The notes: generated by a model from the letters alone, not told the origin. DNA of 63,216 nucleotides, filler included, from Lenisia limosa (GCA_001655205.1; 19 parts of 19 records of this genome joined end to end with filler, not necessarily neighbours in it); one strand, 5' to 3'; counted from the whole stretch's first letter, positions 11,499 through 24,274 are shown. Translations and numbers: made by a program.

Positions 11499-14400
11499 GG
11501 ACATTTCGTTGATGCATACGGCGTGAAGGGACTAAGTACACCCAAGGGGAAGCCAAAAACAATCAGGGAAGGCATGGCGATAATGTATTAATTTGTTTCC
11601 TTAGATTTTGATGTCATGTCACAGAATCAAAATGATTAAAACAATCTGCCACGAAATAGCCAAAACAAACATGGGGGTCCGGACGAATTTTCCAGTTTGC
11701 GGGGATGAGCGGAACATTTGCATCAGGCTTATCATCCTAATATGGTTTGTTAAGTTGAGGACTTTCTTAATATGGTAACAAAAGAAGTTTGGACTTTCCA
11801 AATCCGGACCCCCTCCTCCAACAGTCTGAAAGAAGCCTGCAAGCGCCTTATCCTGGCGCATTGACGAGTCCAAGTCCAGTTCCAGATCCCAGTCCTCCTC
11901 TGACTCCGAGCCTGAACCTAAACACGTGAATTTATATTTAAAGATGTGAATTTGTAAATATATCCCCAAAAAAATTGAATTGGGCTCAAAGTACACATAG
12001 TTACGGATTACAGCACTCTTATACCTCGGGCACCTGCCGTCCCAAAAAAGACTGAATTTCATTATAAATCCTTGATAAATATCGATATTTTAGAGTTTCA
12101 TAGCCGATTTGGTCAATTCTCGAGCTANNNNNNNNNNNNNNNNNNNNNNNNNNNNNNNNNNNNNNNNNNNNNNNNNNNNNNNNNNNNNNNNNNNNNNNNN
12201 NNNNNNNNNNNNNNNNNNNNNNNNNNNNNNNNNNNNNNNNNNNNNNNNNNNNNNNNNNNNNNNNNNNNNCCCCCGCTCACCCTTAATTAAAGTTGAACCT
12301 TGCTTATACCCCCGCTCACCATTAATTAAAGTCGAACCTTGCTCGGTGTTGAGTGCACCTAGATCGCCAAGGTCAAAGTCGCCATCTTCATCGTCCACTG
12401 CGAGGAGGGGTGAAATTGAAAATTTTATGAAACAAAAAAAAAAGGGAGGGTAGTGAAAAACTTACGATAGAAATACAATTACGATAAAAAAAAAATCAGA
12501 ACAGATAACAATTGTGAATCATACTTAATTCCCGTTCACCTACCACACACACACAAACACAAACCACAACAACCCCTTAATTCCCAGGCACCCCCACTCT
12601 GTAGCCGGAAGCTTTCGCCTCGCTGCACGGGCCGGGCCACAGCCTCACATTCTGCAAGCAGGTCACGTGACGCCTTTGAATGCATCTGCGGGGGTGATAT
12701 GGTATAATATGGTAAAATTGGTCGCACATTAAAACAATATAATAATTCGGCATATAAATATTGGGCGACAGACATGTATACTGAGTAATATGGAGAAAAC
12801 GAGGATATTACGCAACATTACAGTTTATACGCAAAATTACGCAACATTACAATATATTACGTAAAATTACGCCAACATTGTCAGGCTCAGATGGGTACAA
12901 CAGTCCACACAAAACAAATTACGAAATAATACGAAACATTACGCCACAAACCACGTTATTTGCACGCGAGACGAAGAATGCCGCGTCACTGTGTCGATTC
13001 ATATCTTTTAGGGCTCTGCGGAAGGGGGGGGGGTAAAACGAAGGAAATTTCTTTGAAGAATTTGAGGAAAGTTACTAATATCGAACCGAATAATCTGAAA
13101 ATTGAAAAAAATTCCGAAACAAAAAAAAAAGCCCAAAATCAACTAAGTTGGCTAGCAAACATACAAAGGCACCATACTTAACCTCTATACCACCTAGGGC
13201 TCCATTTCGGTTCGAAAAAGACCGGTAAATATCGATAGTTTTCGAAGATTTTGATTTAGTCTTTTTTTTCGAACCGAAGTGAAGCCCTGATTATACAACC
13301 CACCAACCCCTCACCTTGCAATATGCATGCTCGCCTCGGCCTCAAGCTGGACAGGCGCGGACGGCCACAGTTTCAGCTGTGTAGGTGAATAGTATAATGG
13401 GGTGGAAGGAGGGGAGTATCATAGTATCATCATCCGCAATATCCCCAGATCACTTTATTCAATATCTCCCATCATCATCACCATATGTAGAAGAGAAATA
13501 AAAAAAAAACATCTCCACCAACATCATCTTGGGTTGTGAAGCACACTGCAGGCGGTTGCTGTCCAGGAGGAACGGAAGAATGTGTNNNNNNNNNNNNNNN
13601 NNNNNNNNNNNNNNNNNNNNNNNNNNNNNNNNNNNNNNNNNNNNNNNNNNNNNNNNNNNNNNNNNNNNNNNNNNNNNNNNNNNNNNNNNNNNNNNNNNNN
13701 NNNNNNNNNNNNNNNCTATGTTGGCTGACAACCAACACACAAGTATTGAAGCAAAACAAACAAAGCCCAGGTCAGTCACTTCTGCAGCCCCACATCCCCC
13801 GAACCGTGGCCGATTTCGCTACTTTTCGAGCGGAAATTATCCAAAAATACCAGGGATGTTGAAGGGGTAAATACCTGGGATGTCAATGTGTTTGATGATG
13901 GTTTATTTTTTTTCAGTTAAATAAAAAGATAGCATAAGTAGTAACCAATTGTAATATCGTAGATATTAAGAGACTTCAACTGAGACTTAACACAAAAATT
14001 TGAATAACAATTCCTCTTTTGAAATATTTTTGAGCAGGATGAGCATTTGGGAAATGTTGGATGGGAGGCGCACAGAAAACTGTGTGCACAGATTTGTAAG
14101 GTAAATGATTGGGGGAATAAATGTTAATCCCCCACACCCCCACGATATATTTTAGTAATTAATCCCCACATCCAAATTTCAGATATGATATAAGCCCCCC
14201 ATTCCCACGGCGTATTTTAGCGCGGCAGTGACGGCGGTGTTCTGATGCGACTCAGCCGGGCCAGCCTGGCCGCTCTGTCTGAATGCGGCAGCAAGGCGAC
14301 AGTGGAGCTCAACACGCAGAATATGAGCTGTTTTTGGGGTTAGGAATGGAATGAATGTCTAATCAGTCGGTAGGAGCTGTTTTTGAGTTAGATTTGCAGT

Positions 14401-17400
14401 ACTTGTTGAGAGATTAAACAAGAATGTTATATTAAATGTTGGAACTCAAACTGAGAGAATATGGGATGTTGCTATTTTTTGGATATATAAACTGGAAACA
14501 ATCATCACCATCATCTACATCATCATTATCCATTATCATTATCATCACCATCAGCACCAAAACACCACCTCCGTTATCATGATCATCATCATGAATATTA
14601 NNNNNNNNNNNNNNNNNNNNNNNNNNNNNNNNNNNNNNNNNNNNNNNNNNNNNNNNNNNNNNNNNNNNNNNNNNNNNNNNNNNNNNNNNNNNNNNNNNNN
14701 NNNNNNNNNNNNNNNNNNNNNNNNNNNNNNNNNNNNNNNNAACATCATATAGAGATTGTTATAGTAACCCAATCATTTGCCTGAAAAAATTACACATTAA
14801 TTTGTTTCTGGTATCCCTATGTAACATTATATCATGTATTAAATATAGATGTACTGTACATATAGCTATATGATACTACACAATATAATAAACAGGAAAC
14901 CAACCTTCATTGAAATACGGTGAAAATGGTTCGGAGGCGGACACTGAGCGTGGCATTGCGGGTTCATGTGCCGACTCAATGTAGGACTGGAAGGGGGGGT
15001 AAATTTGGAAAATTTATGAAACAAGAATAGTTTTCGATGCAGAAGTGTGTTTAACAACAGTTTTATTTCAATGAATATCAAACCATAACAAATTGAATAA
15101 TTTACTATCGTAATAACAGATTCACGTATTTAGTACTGCCTCAACTCTGTTAGCTGACAACAAGAAAACACAAGCCCAGGCCAGTCGCTGCAGCATCGTA
15201 TCCCATCACTCCAGCGCACGTGAAAATGGAAAATGAAATAAAACAAAATCCGGAAATTACTCTGTTGGCTAGTATTTGGAAACACACAACAATAAAAAAC
15301 AAAAAGCCCAGGCCAGTCGCTTCCACTGCTCCACTTGTGATGAAACGTCAAAAAAAAAAACATAAGGTAACCTCTGTTCAATATGCAATAACGGAAATAC
15401 GAAATACAGTGACCGGAAAGATGGGACGAAACCCCCCTACAGACCTCCACAACCGCCAGGGCTCTTTGCCAGTGTAGAATCGCAGTGGCAGTGTCGTTGG
15501 TTCGCTGCACTAAGTCGCCTAGAGTTACTAGGAGCTGGACTTGACGTAACGGGGCTGATTCATCGCCCTGTGGGGGGGGGGGGGNNNNNNNNNNNNNNNN
15601 NNNNNNNNNNNNNNNNNNNNNNNNNNNNNNNNNNNNNNNNNNNNNNNNNNNNNNNNNNNNNNNNNNNNNNNNNNNNNNNNNNNNNNNNNNNNNNNNNNNN
15701 NNNNNNNNNNNNNNNNNNNNNNNNNNNNNNNNNNNNNNNNNNNNNNNNNNNNNNNNNNNNNNNNNNNNNNNNNNNNNNNNNNNNNAGAAGCTTTGAGCTC
15801 GAGCACCTCGATTTCTTCTGAGGCTTTGGCCAGTTCATCCACACTAAACAGTCAATCACCAAATCCACAGAATTCTATTTTATTTAAAAGAACATCCCCT
15901 ATTGAAACCCTTTTTGCAGCTAAGTCTCAATTAAAACTATAATATGATTTAGCTGTAGTTAGGTGTCAGGATCAGATCTGACCAGAAAAGCCAACACAGC
16001 TTAGCGATTGATCGAGATTTTCGGTCGATTTTCGAACCGAAGGGAAGTCCTCCATGACCACATAATCACATGAAAGAAGTTTGCATATGTGTGTGCAATA
16101 ACAAGAACAAGATAACATAATGTAATAGACGAATCAGGTTGACATCAGAAATAGTCGTGGAGCATCCTCGTTATAATATATCGATATTCTGCATCGCATT
16201 GTTAAAATTAGGTTCTAGTGAAGCAGGACACCAAATGAGTGAACTATCGCATGTTCCGATTAAACAAAACATATTCCTTCCTTTAAGAACATCATCATCA
16301 TCATAACAACATGATCCATCATCATCATCATCAACAACAACAACAACAACAACAACAACATCAACAGCCCATCTCCCACCTTGTGTACTCGTCTTCATCA
16401 TCTTCGAAGTCGGCGTCCCAGTCTGATTCTGAATCCTGACCTGGAGGGAAATAATCAGGGGTAAGATAGTAAGAGTTGGGAGGGGGGGGGGGTGTCATTG
16501 GAAAAAAGAATTAAAAAGCCCAAATCAACTCCGTTGGCTGATAACACACGAGGGTTGATGTGAGATATAATACATATAATATAGCAATGAGAAAAAAAAA
16601 AATAAGGTAGTATCNNNNNNNNNNNNNNNNNNNNNNNNNNNNNNNNNNNNNNNNNNNNNNNNNNNNNNNNNNNNNNNNNNNNNNNNNNNNNNNNNNNNNN
16701 NNNNNNNNNNNNAGTATGTATTATAACACATCATACTTATAAGAGATATCATATTGATAACAGTATGGTTGAAGCTGTCCACAACACCATGTTTATCAGG
16801 GATATTCACGAAAATGTCTGGCTGAAGCTGTCCACACCATAATTTTAATATCAAATAGCAATAAAAGTATCTGGCCGAAGCCGTCCACAACACCATGTTT
16901 ATGAGTGACTTGACTAAAGTATCAGGCTGAAGCCGTACACAACATCATACTTAAAAGAAATATCATATTGAGAGAGTAACATGCCGAACATTTGAGTAAG
17001 AATCGCTGGATCTTTATGGTCATAGTTTCAACAGAGACTTTACTTATCATCATCCAGTTCAGAGATCCTCCCATTCGTAAAAAAAACACCTGAATTACAG
17101 CCACAATAACACCCAGATACACTGACCGCGAAGTCCTGACACAAATATAGGACTAATTCCCAGTCAATCATGTCAGGACTTATCGCGTTCAATGTATTTG
17201 TAGAGGAGAAATAAAACAAAGTTGTATCTGGCCAACGCCATCCAGGCCACGCTGTTAAGAAATATTGGATTATAGTGTACTCAATCATTTACCTTACAAC
17301 TCTGTGTACAGAGTTTCCTGAGTGCCACCCCAGCATACCCCCATACATTCTCGAAATGTTGTAATATGATCACCAATATCACATCAATACCCCCCTCCCC

Positions 17401-17825
17401 CCATACCTAGAGCCATAACAAGCGGCTTTGTTGACAGGAGGAGCTCAACTGACTTCGTGACAACATCTACTGCTGATGACAGAGTTGCAGGATCATCAAG
17501 ATTAGCCTGTTGCAGATGTGCAGTCGTTGCTAAAGCTCCACTTGTAGTAGAAAATAGCTTCTTCAGTCGCTGCCATGGCTTATCAACACCACCAAGAGCA
17601 ACACCTGGAGGAGGTAAGGGCAAGAGAGGAAAACGGAAATCAAATGGGGAATTGCCTGTTCCCACCATCAGAGTGTTTTTTTGACGGAGACTCTTCGTTT
17701 TCTTTCGAAACAGGCTCGGGAGGTGCGATCGCTCCAGTATCTCCGAAATCGAAATCATCATCCCATCCCTCGCATTCGTTCGGATCAGCCGCAATACCGA
17801 CAAGCTCTTCCGTTTCGTCCTCCAT
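11499..17825 (-). CDS. Large TPR-like repeat protein with acidic W-D-x-D-[FL] motifs (3' end missing)
   Basis: ATG at 17825 (MEDETEELVGIAADPNECEGWDDDFDF). Exons SDWDADFEDD and SEEDWDLELD, plus TPR-like exons LGDLVQRTNDTATAILHWQRALAV and LHCRLAAAFRQSGQAGPAESH. Confidence 0.6.
13716..13806 (-). repeat. Family B copy beginning at an intron donor
   Basis: exon..CACG|GTTCGGGGGATGTGGGGCTGCAGAAGTGACTGACCTGGGC..GTGTTGGTTGTCAGCCAACATAG then gap. Confidence 0.75.
14988..15345 (-). repeat. Two tandem family B head/body copies plus a tail at the acceptor
   Basis: GCGACTGGCCTGGGC occurs twice (~15175-15190 and ~15305-15320), CAACAGAGT/TAACAGAGTTGA bodies follow, and the tail TTCATAAATTTTCCAAATTTACCCCCCCTTCCAG is at the acceptor. 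Confidence 0.8.
17120..17194. mobile_element. Family D Tc1/mariner-type MITE (TA TSD)
   Basis: TA|CACTGACCGCG-AAGTCCTGAC..GTCAGGACTTATCGCGTTCAATG|TA. Relatives at 25414-25507, 44742-44913, ~46876-46945 and ~36378-36420. Confidence 0.75.
17215..17330 (-). repeat. Family F/G dispersed intronic repeat (~120-150 bp)
   Basis: Modules CAGAAAGCTGTGTRCACAGAGTTGTAAGGYAAATGATTGG, TATAATCCAATAT and GACGGCTTCGGCCAGATACAAC. Copies near 7445, 14065, 16765-16950, 20730, 38955, 41405, 42030, 43545 and 60455. Confidence 0.7.
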
Positions 17826-18157
17826 CTTCGGTATAACGCGGAAAAACGGGCCAAAAGCTAGATCAAGTCCGGTAATCAGTACGGCGCTTCGCCAAGTCAA
17901 GATACGCTTATCTTCTAGTCATTTCTCTTATTAAAAAAAATCTCTAACCATGCACCCTAAGACCTTTTTCAATTTCAAAATTCTGAAAACTACTTTTATA
18001 TGCAGCTAACCCCGGGTAACGCATCGCCCAAAAAGTGACCTACTTTGCTCCCATATTACAGCAGCTTACGAGCCTCCAACCTTAGAAACAAACTGACACT
18101 ATTATATATTATATAAATAATTAAAGTGGGAAAACCAAAATCCCCCTCGGAACAACA

Positions 18158-18642
18158 ATGTTGGCAGTGATCGCTATCATTCACCTCTTCCTGCTCGCTA
18201 TCCTTGCAAGCGCGGATCCTTTAGTGTGGTATGTTTAGGATTGGGAGTGGGATTATGAGGGGGCGAAATTGTGGTACATATTCTCCTCGGTACACACTGA
18301 CTTTGTCGGACAAGACGCGCAACCTTTCTGTATGATCATGGTGCTATTCATTCAGGGTCTCACTTCTGTTCCAAGAATGACACTAGACTTCGTGGAATTA
18401 ATATTTTTGAAGAATCTAGTACTGACATATCATGAAGGTGCTCATTCAAATCGTATATATAACTTTACCTTTTTGAGGGCAAAATTGTGGCACTTATTCA
18501 CAGATTGGTCAATTAACGGTTTAACAGAACTTTCCCTGAATTACCCGGGTCAAATTGTTCGAGAGCTTGGCGGGGAGACCCGGGTACTCCAGGGAAACGG
18601 AAATCTCCATTTATCAGCTTGGGATTGCATAATATTATGACA
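18158..18642 (+). CDS. Secreted hypothetical protein (5' part), divergent from the TPR gene
   Basis: aacaATG context; MLAVIAIIHLFLLAILASADPLVW signal peptide; donor GTATGT; following in-phase exon GRNCGTYSPRYTLTL. Confidence 0.5.
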
Positions 18643-18743
18643 NNNNNNNNNNNNNNNNNNNNNNNNNNNNNNNNNNNNNNNNNNNNTTAATTAATTAANN
18701 NNNNNNNNNNNNNNNNNNNNNNNNNNNNNNNNNNNNNNNNNNA

Positions 18744-19867
18744 AATGCTGTCTCACAATTAAAGAATCTTACACCTGCCACTGAACTTGATACTGATAGA
18801 ATTATCATGTTTGATGAAATTGCATTCATGGTAGGCAAATGGGAAGGTGTCAAAAATCGCCCCCTTGCTTCAGCTATTTCAATGTCAAGTTTGAGTGGAA
18901 AAGTTGTTAAGGCACCAATCATTCTTGGAGGAGAAAGCTTCATGGCTAAAGCTGAAAAGAGAAATCCTGTTAAGTTCAATCCCACTGCTATTCCCAAATC
19001 CTTTGGTTTTAATAACACAATGAAAGAAATGATTGACATTGTTAATCAATCTGAATATCATCCGAGAATGCTCTTCAATGCATCAGATGAAGCTATAAAG
19101 GCTGCAAAGGATCGTGGTATGGTAGTTCTTGGAGTTAATATGAGTGGATACTTCACAACTGAGACGTTTATGATGTCAATGGATTGTATCAGTAAGTCAT
19201 TTGGTGCTTCTCCTTCAAATCCAATCGCTATGATCGGTGATGGCGCTCGTATTCATGTCACTCCAGAGGTACGATTGTGAGTTGAAAATCATGAGTGTGT
19301 AGGTTATATGCTCACTTTTCTTTCGAAACGGCATAATTGTTGGAATCGAACCACCTTTTACTTCCCATTTTCTCCAAGTTTGTTGTGATTTTTCCCTCTT
19401 ATATTCAGGTTGCTGACAGTATTTACCACTCGAAAGTGAATTTGAAACAACAAAGCGAACTTGATAAATTTCTTACTGTACATTCTAGAAGGTTTGCATT
19501 TTAATTATCAACTTTTCAGAGACATGACGGAAGCTGAAATAGCAACAATCATTGCTAAATCATTGAAAAGGCCAACCTCTGAGGTCATTGAATTTTCTCA
19601 AAGAGACTGTGGTTATACTCCGGATGGTTTTGACCCAAAATTGGTAAAAATTGAAAAGTTTCAGAAAGGCTCATTGTATCGACCAACGATTGATGAAGGT
19701 TACCCTAAGGTGACCCATTCTTATTTAAAGGCATTGTATAGCGAAACAAACTGTCATGCCCCAACTGCTGCCCCTAATCTTTATCTTCCAGTTCCTGCAG
19801 ATCCCACATTTATGGAGAAACCATCGCTTTATGAGACAGTACAATTCAGAAAAGCAGTACAAGTATT
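18744..19867 (+). mobile_element. pogo/Fot1-like DDE_1 transposase gene with 3 tiny introns (both ends truncated by gaps)
   Basis: Spliced product ..DRIIMFDEIAF..NMSGYFTTETF..AMIGDGARIHVTPE|VICSLFFRNGIIVGIEPPFTSHFLQ|VADSIYHSK..IEFSQRDCGYTP matches the DDE_1 motifs (N.DE, SGWxT, DGHxSH, PPxTSHxLQPxD, FxxxGxxP). Introns 19269-19302, 19378-19408 and 19492-19519 are all GT-AG and keep frame. Confidence 0.85.
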
Positions 19868-19967
19868 NNNNNNNNNNNNNNNNNNNNNNNNNNNNNNNNN
19901 NNNNNNNNNNNTTAATTAATTAANNNNNNNNNNNNNNNNNNNNNNNNNNNNNNNNNNNNNNNNNNNN

Positions 19968-21358
19968 TATCGCCTCAACTTGCCGCACTATCCGCCGCAT
20001 CCCGGACCGGATCAATCTCCAAACTGATGTTACGCAAGGCACCAGCCTGTGGGGGGGTTGAGGTAGTCAATGATAGGGATTTGTGAGTTTTGATCGGTAC
20101 TGTAGTTATTTATTTGACAAGAAATACCTTTTCTATTTCAGTTCTACAGTTTACCTGGAAATGAGAACTTTCAACTTTGTTCTCTTAAAGTTGAAACAGT
20201 TTAGGATTGTGTCTACCATTTGGCGTTCCAGCTTTCCTTTTTTGGACACATCCTTTCACACAGTTTACCTAATGTGGACAGGCCCGGAGAGACTACTGTT
20301 GCCGGCAGCGAGGCCGTGAGACCTTCGTATCATCTGCCCATCTACGTTGAGGTTGCCTAATTGGGAAAATATGAAATTTTTTACTATTTATTTGCTCTGC
20401 TTATTATTATTTATTAACCCCAGTTAGATCTCAGCTCTAATGCAACAGGTGGACTGTGAAGATGTTGAAGTGCCGCCATGGTCCCTCCCTATCACCCTTG
20501 ATGAACTGCAAACAAAACGGTGAATGGGGTTCGTCTTCATCGGACTTTACTCTGGATAGGGTCATTATATTAATTAGCCAAACTGTTCTGAGGTTTTCTT
20601 ACCCTACAGAATTGCCTTCCCCATGCAGCCGGATCCTGTGGAAAACAGTGTCTCGGATGGGGCCCTGGAAATGGTCGTACGTGCACGTGGCGTGTCAAGA
20701 GTGGGGGGGTTTACAGTGGATTTATTATTACTATAATCCAATATCTTTTTTTTTTAATATTATTATTTCTCATTGCTCTTGACGGCTTCGGCCAGGTACA
20801 ACCTTATTTTTTTTATTATTTCTCATTGCTATATTCGCCTTGTCTTCACCCTTGCAGTATGTGCGGATCGGGGCGGCCCAAGCCTCCCTGGACACTTCGA
20901 ACATGCAGGGTGGAATGCTGCAGTCTAGCTTACCAGGTGGGAAAGGACCAGAAGGGTTTGCCACACAAGTAATGGTTTTTTTATACCCATTCATTCCAAC
21001 CTTCGGTCAGTGTTATTGTGGCAAATGGTCCTGAAGTGTGTAACTTGCTTCACCTTCCCGCTCACACCCCAGACATAGATCCAACCGGAATTGTCATTCG
21101 ACTGCCTGAAATCGGCGTTTCGCTTATCGACCAAGACGGAACGGAGGTGGGTGACAAGGAGGGAGGGGAGAGCAGAACATGTGTGAAATGAAGTCATGCT
21201 TCTTCTTGAACTAATACTGATTTTAAGTTGTACTTTCCATGAATTTTATTTTCACCCCCCCCCCTCCCAGGCCCTGTACTTGACCCTCAAAGAAGTCAAT
21301 GCCGCAGCGCGTGTAGGCATTATCGAACACATCCATGCTTCAATTCAAAATGCACAAG
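19968..21358 (+). CDS. VPS13-family protein, internal/C-terminal fragment
   Basis: Exons DIDPTGIVIRLPEIGVSLIDQDGTE|ALYLTLKEV..HIHASIQNAQ resemble the VPS13 'GxSLID..EllYxxl..IQ' segment. Confidence 0.6.
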
Positions 21359-21619
21359 GTAATGAAGATGATCATTGTGTATATATTCATCTGNNNNNNN
21401 NNNNNNNNNNNNNNNNNNNNNNNNNNNNNNNNNNNNNTTAATTAATTAANNNNNNNNNNNNNNNNNNNNNNNNNNNNNNNNNNNNNNNNNNNNTGTAGCT
21501 AGGGACTAAGTCTGGAAATTGCTGTTAATAAACTCATTTTACATGATGTCATTCTCATAACCCTTCCAACTTCCAACTCCGCTTTTTTTTGCTTGCAAAA
21601 ATTTCACTTTTCAATTTTC

Positions 21620-24274
21620 GATATAGCAGACCATCCGCACCTTTGAGTAAGATGAGCCAGTTCGAGGGTCCACAGAGGAGGCGCCAGTAGGGTGATATGA
21701 CANNNNNNNNNNNNNNNNNNNNNNNNNNNNNNNNNNNNNNNNNNNNNNNNNNNNNNNNNNNNNNNNNNNNNNNNNNNNNNNNNNNNNNNNNNNNNNNNNN
21801 NNNNNNNNNNNNNNNNNNNNNNNNNNAGGTACTCTCTTTCAACCCAAATACTATGCTTGTTGTTGGTTGACTATAGCCTGTTGATCACGATGATCCTTGA
21901 TTCTTATATCAGCAACCCCTTAACCTGGAATAGACCGTTTATGGAGTCTTTCCTGTACGGTACAGTTGACAAGATGGGTACAGCAGAGCGTGTCAAGAAT
22001 TGAACTGTTTTCTGCACTGGTGTATGGCGCAATGAGTACATTGTGCGTAACCTACGATGGTTAGGACATAAGGTGGAGGGGATAAACAAAGGGCATCCTT
22101 GTTATAAAATCATACATATCAAATGATGTAAGTGAGATATTATATGTAGTTATATCATAATCACCTTAAAATTCGTCAAGAATTTATTTATCCCCCCCTC
22201 CCCCACAGATGATGGCACATTGAGCCATTGAGTAGTGAAGCTGTCGATTGACCCCGGTGAGAGACTCTGGTGAAAATGACAAAAGAGCAGCAAAAGACAA
22301 AACCAAGAAATGAAAAGGAAGATATTGTCCAAATGAGAACATCCAAATAACACGCTACAAAACCCACCATTGAGCTATGGTTAGCCTCGATCTGCGACGG
22401 AATTGGTAGCTTCCCTCCTGACATATAGGGCAGTGTTCCTGCGGTCCGTTAGAAGTTCAATATTCTTATAAGTCCTTCCCATATGTCCTATCTTAGTTCT
22501 TGCTATTTTTACCCCCCCCCCTCCCCATTTGGCTAACGAGCATGGTTTAAAAGAAATATCTCGCAAGAGGAACCTCATTAATTTGTTGCATTCGAACAAT
22601 TCTTCTTGCTTCATATGCACACTCAGTAAAAGCAGGCCCAGCCTACCCGAGGACAGGAGCCCCTGAGATGTCACAAAAACGTCACGTTCAAGGTTCTTGA
22701 AGCGAGGGAGAACCGTACTGAAGCGTGAAAAGACGACAGCATACTGAAGCTGCCCCTAAGTGTTGATGCACTAAACAAGACCAAGTGTTGATGAAGTAAG
22801 ATAGGTACTAAACAAGACCAAGTGTTGATGAAGGAAGAAAGAGGCACTAGACAAGACCAAACGACCTACCCGGAGGCAAACTGGCTCGGATTGGGGTTCC
22901 TCTGTCCACTGCTTCTAAGGGATAAGATACTAAGGAGGAGGGGGGGGGTGAATTGGTAATTTTTAAACAGGTTGAAAACAAAACAAAACAAAACAAAAAA
23001 AAANNNNNNNNNNNNNNNNNNNNNNNNNNNNNNNNNNNNNNNNNNNNNNNNNNNNNNNNNNNNNNNNNNNNNNNNNNNNNNNNNNATAAAAACTGTGACC
23101 TACTCAAATTCGTTGAGGATATACGGGGACAAGACAGGAAGAAGAGACGCTACTGCCACCTAAAACCGTAAATTGAGTTCAGTTCAGTTCAGTTCATATC
23201 AGCGAACTGCACCTCAATTGGAGCCGCAACAAGGTGGAGTTGCCGAGGCTGGGGAGGTTTGCGGGGATGTCTGAGGGGTAAAGGAAAGTTAAGTGGAATA
23301 AGGTAACAGAATTACGAAAAGTCACGGAAATCTCCCGTATTGCTCACAACTTAGCAGCGGGATGCATGACTGGGGTGATCATTGGAGAGGTGGAGAGGTG
23401 AAGTCCGGGTACCGATGCTTGGTTTGTCTCAGAAGACGACCAGTCTTGTGTGTCAATGAATGTATGAGGCAAATAATATCAGATATTATATTTTAAACTT
23501 GAAAAGCAAAAATAATATGATAATAATGATAAACAATAATTGACAAGAATGAATGCCCTACCAGCCGAGGCAGAAGTCGGTCTGCTCTTGACATTGTGGG
23601 TTGCTTTCCTTAGGAAGTCAGGGGACGGTTCAGCCTTTCGGCTCATTAGCGGTGTGTCAAGAAGGGGGTCGGCTTGTACCATCGCTTTCTGGGGAGGGTG
23701 GGTATGTAAAGAGAGAACTTTTTGACTTTAGAGGGTTTGAAAAACGCATAGTTCAACGACCTGCAGGCGCCCACCTTGAGGATCTTGAACCTTGCTTGTA
23801 CATCGGGCAGAGTAGGCCGTCTTGCGGGATCCCTAATGAAAATGTAGCGTAAGAAGTCTCGGATGTGGGGAACTGGGTCCAATTGCTCGTGGACCTGCGT
23901 TGTTAATTGGTATTACCACTGCCTGAAATAATACTACAAAACTAACCAGCTACCTCCTCCCCCCCACATGAGGTGGAATAACATCTTCATCAGCAGTGGT
24001 TACTCTCAGGAAGAAGCGAACCCAATCATCATCGTAATAGAGAAACTCTCCAGCAAGAAGTTCAAAGAACAGGCAACTGGCGAGGGTAATGTAGAAAAAC
24101 AGAATAGAAATAAGGTAAAGCATGAAATCCGTTTTTGAGCTGAATACCTGACACAACCCTTGCCCACCCTAGACTCCAGACATCGCTTTGAGCGGAGGCA
24201 CCAACACGACGCCGACGATCGTAGTTGTTGCGCGTCTTGCGGTCGGCGTACGCAACAGTCAGCATTTCAGGCGA
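21620..24274 (-). CDS. Ser/Thr kinase C-lobe followed by a dual-specificity-phosphatase-like region (partial)
   Basis: SPEMLTVAYA..YDRRRRVGASAQSDVWSLG|CLFFELLAGEFLY..|..FIRDPARRPT covers kinase subdomains VIII-XI. The downstream exon VTHNVLIAPYTSAENSSILDTLCCTHLVNCT matches a DSP N-terminus. No catalytic HCxxGxxR motif was seen. Confidence 0.65.

Noticed and set aside
14500-16370. (CAT)n and (CAA)n microsatellites as poly-Asp/Val coding tracts (ORF 16171-16401)
   Set aside because: They lie within introns of the TPR gene, after a clear GT donor at ~16378.
16765-16950. CRISPR-like repeat/spacer pattern (~28-nt repeat, ~53-bp period, x4); likewise 25466-25633
   Set aside because: The repeats are degenerate modules of dispersed intronic families F and D inside eukaryotic introns; no cas genes are present.
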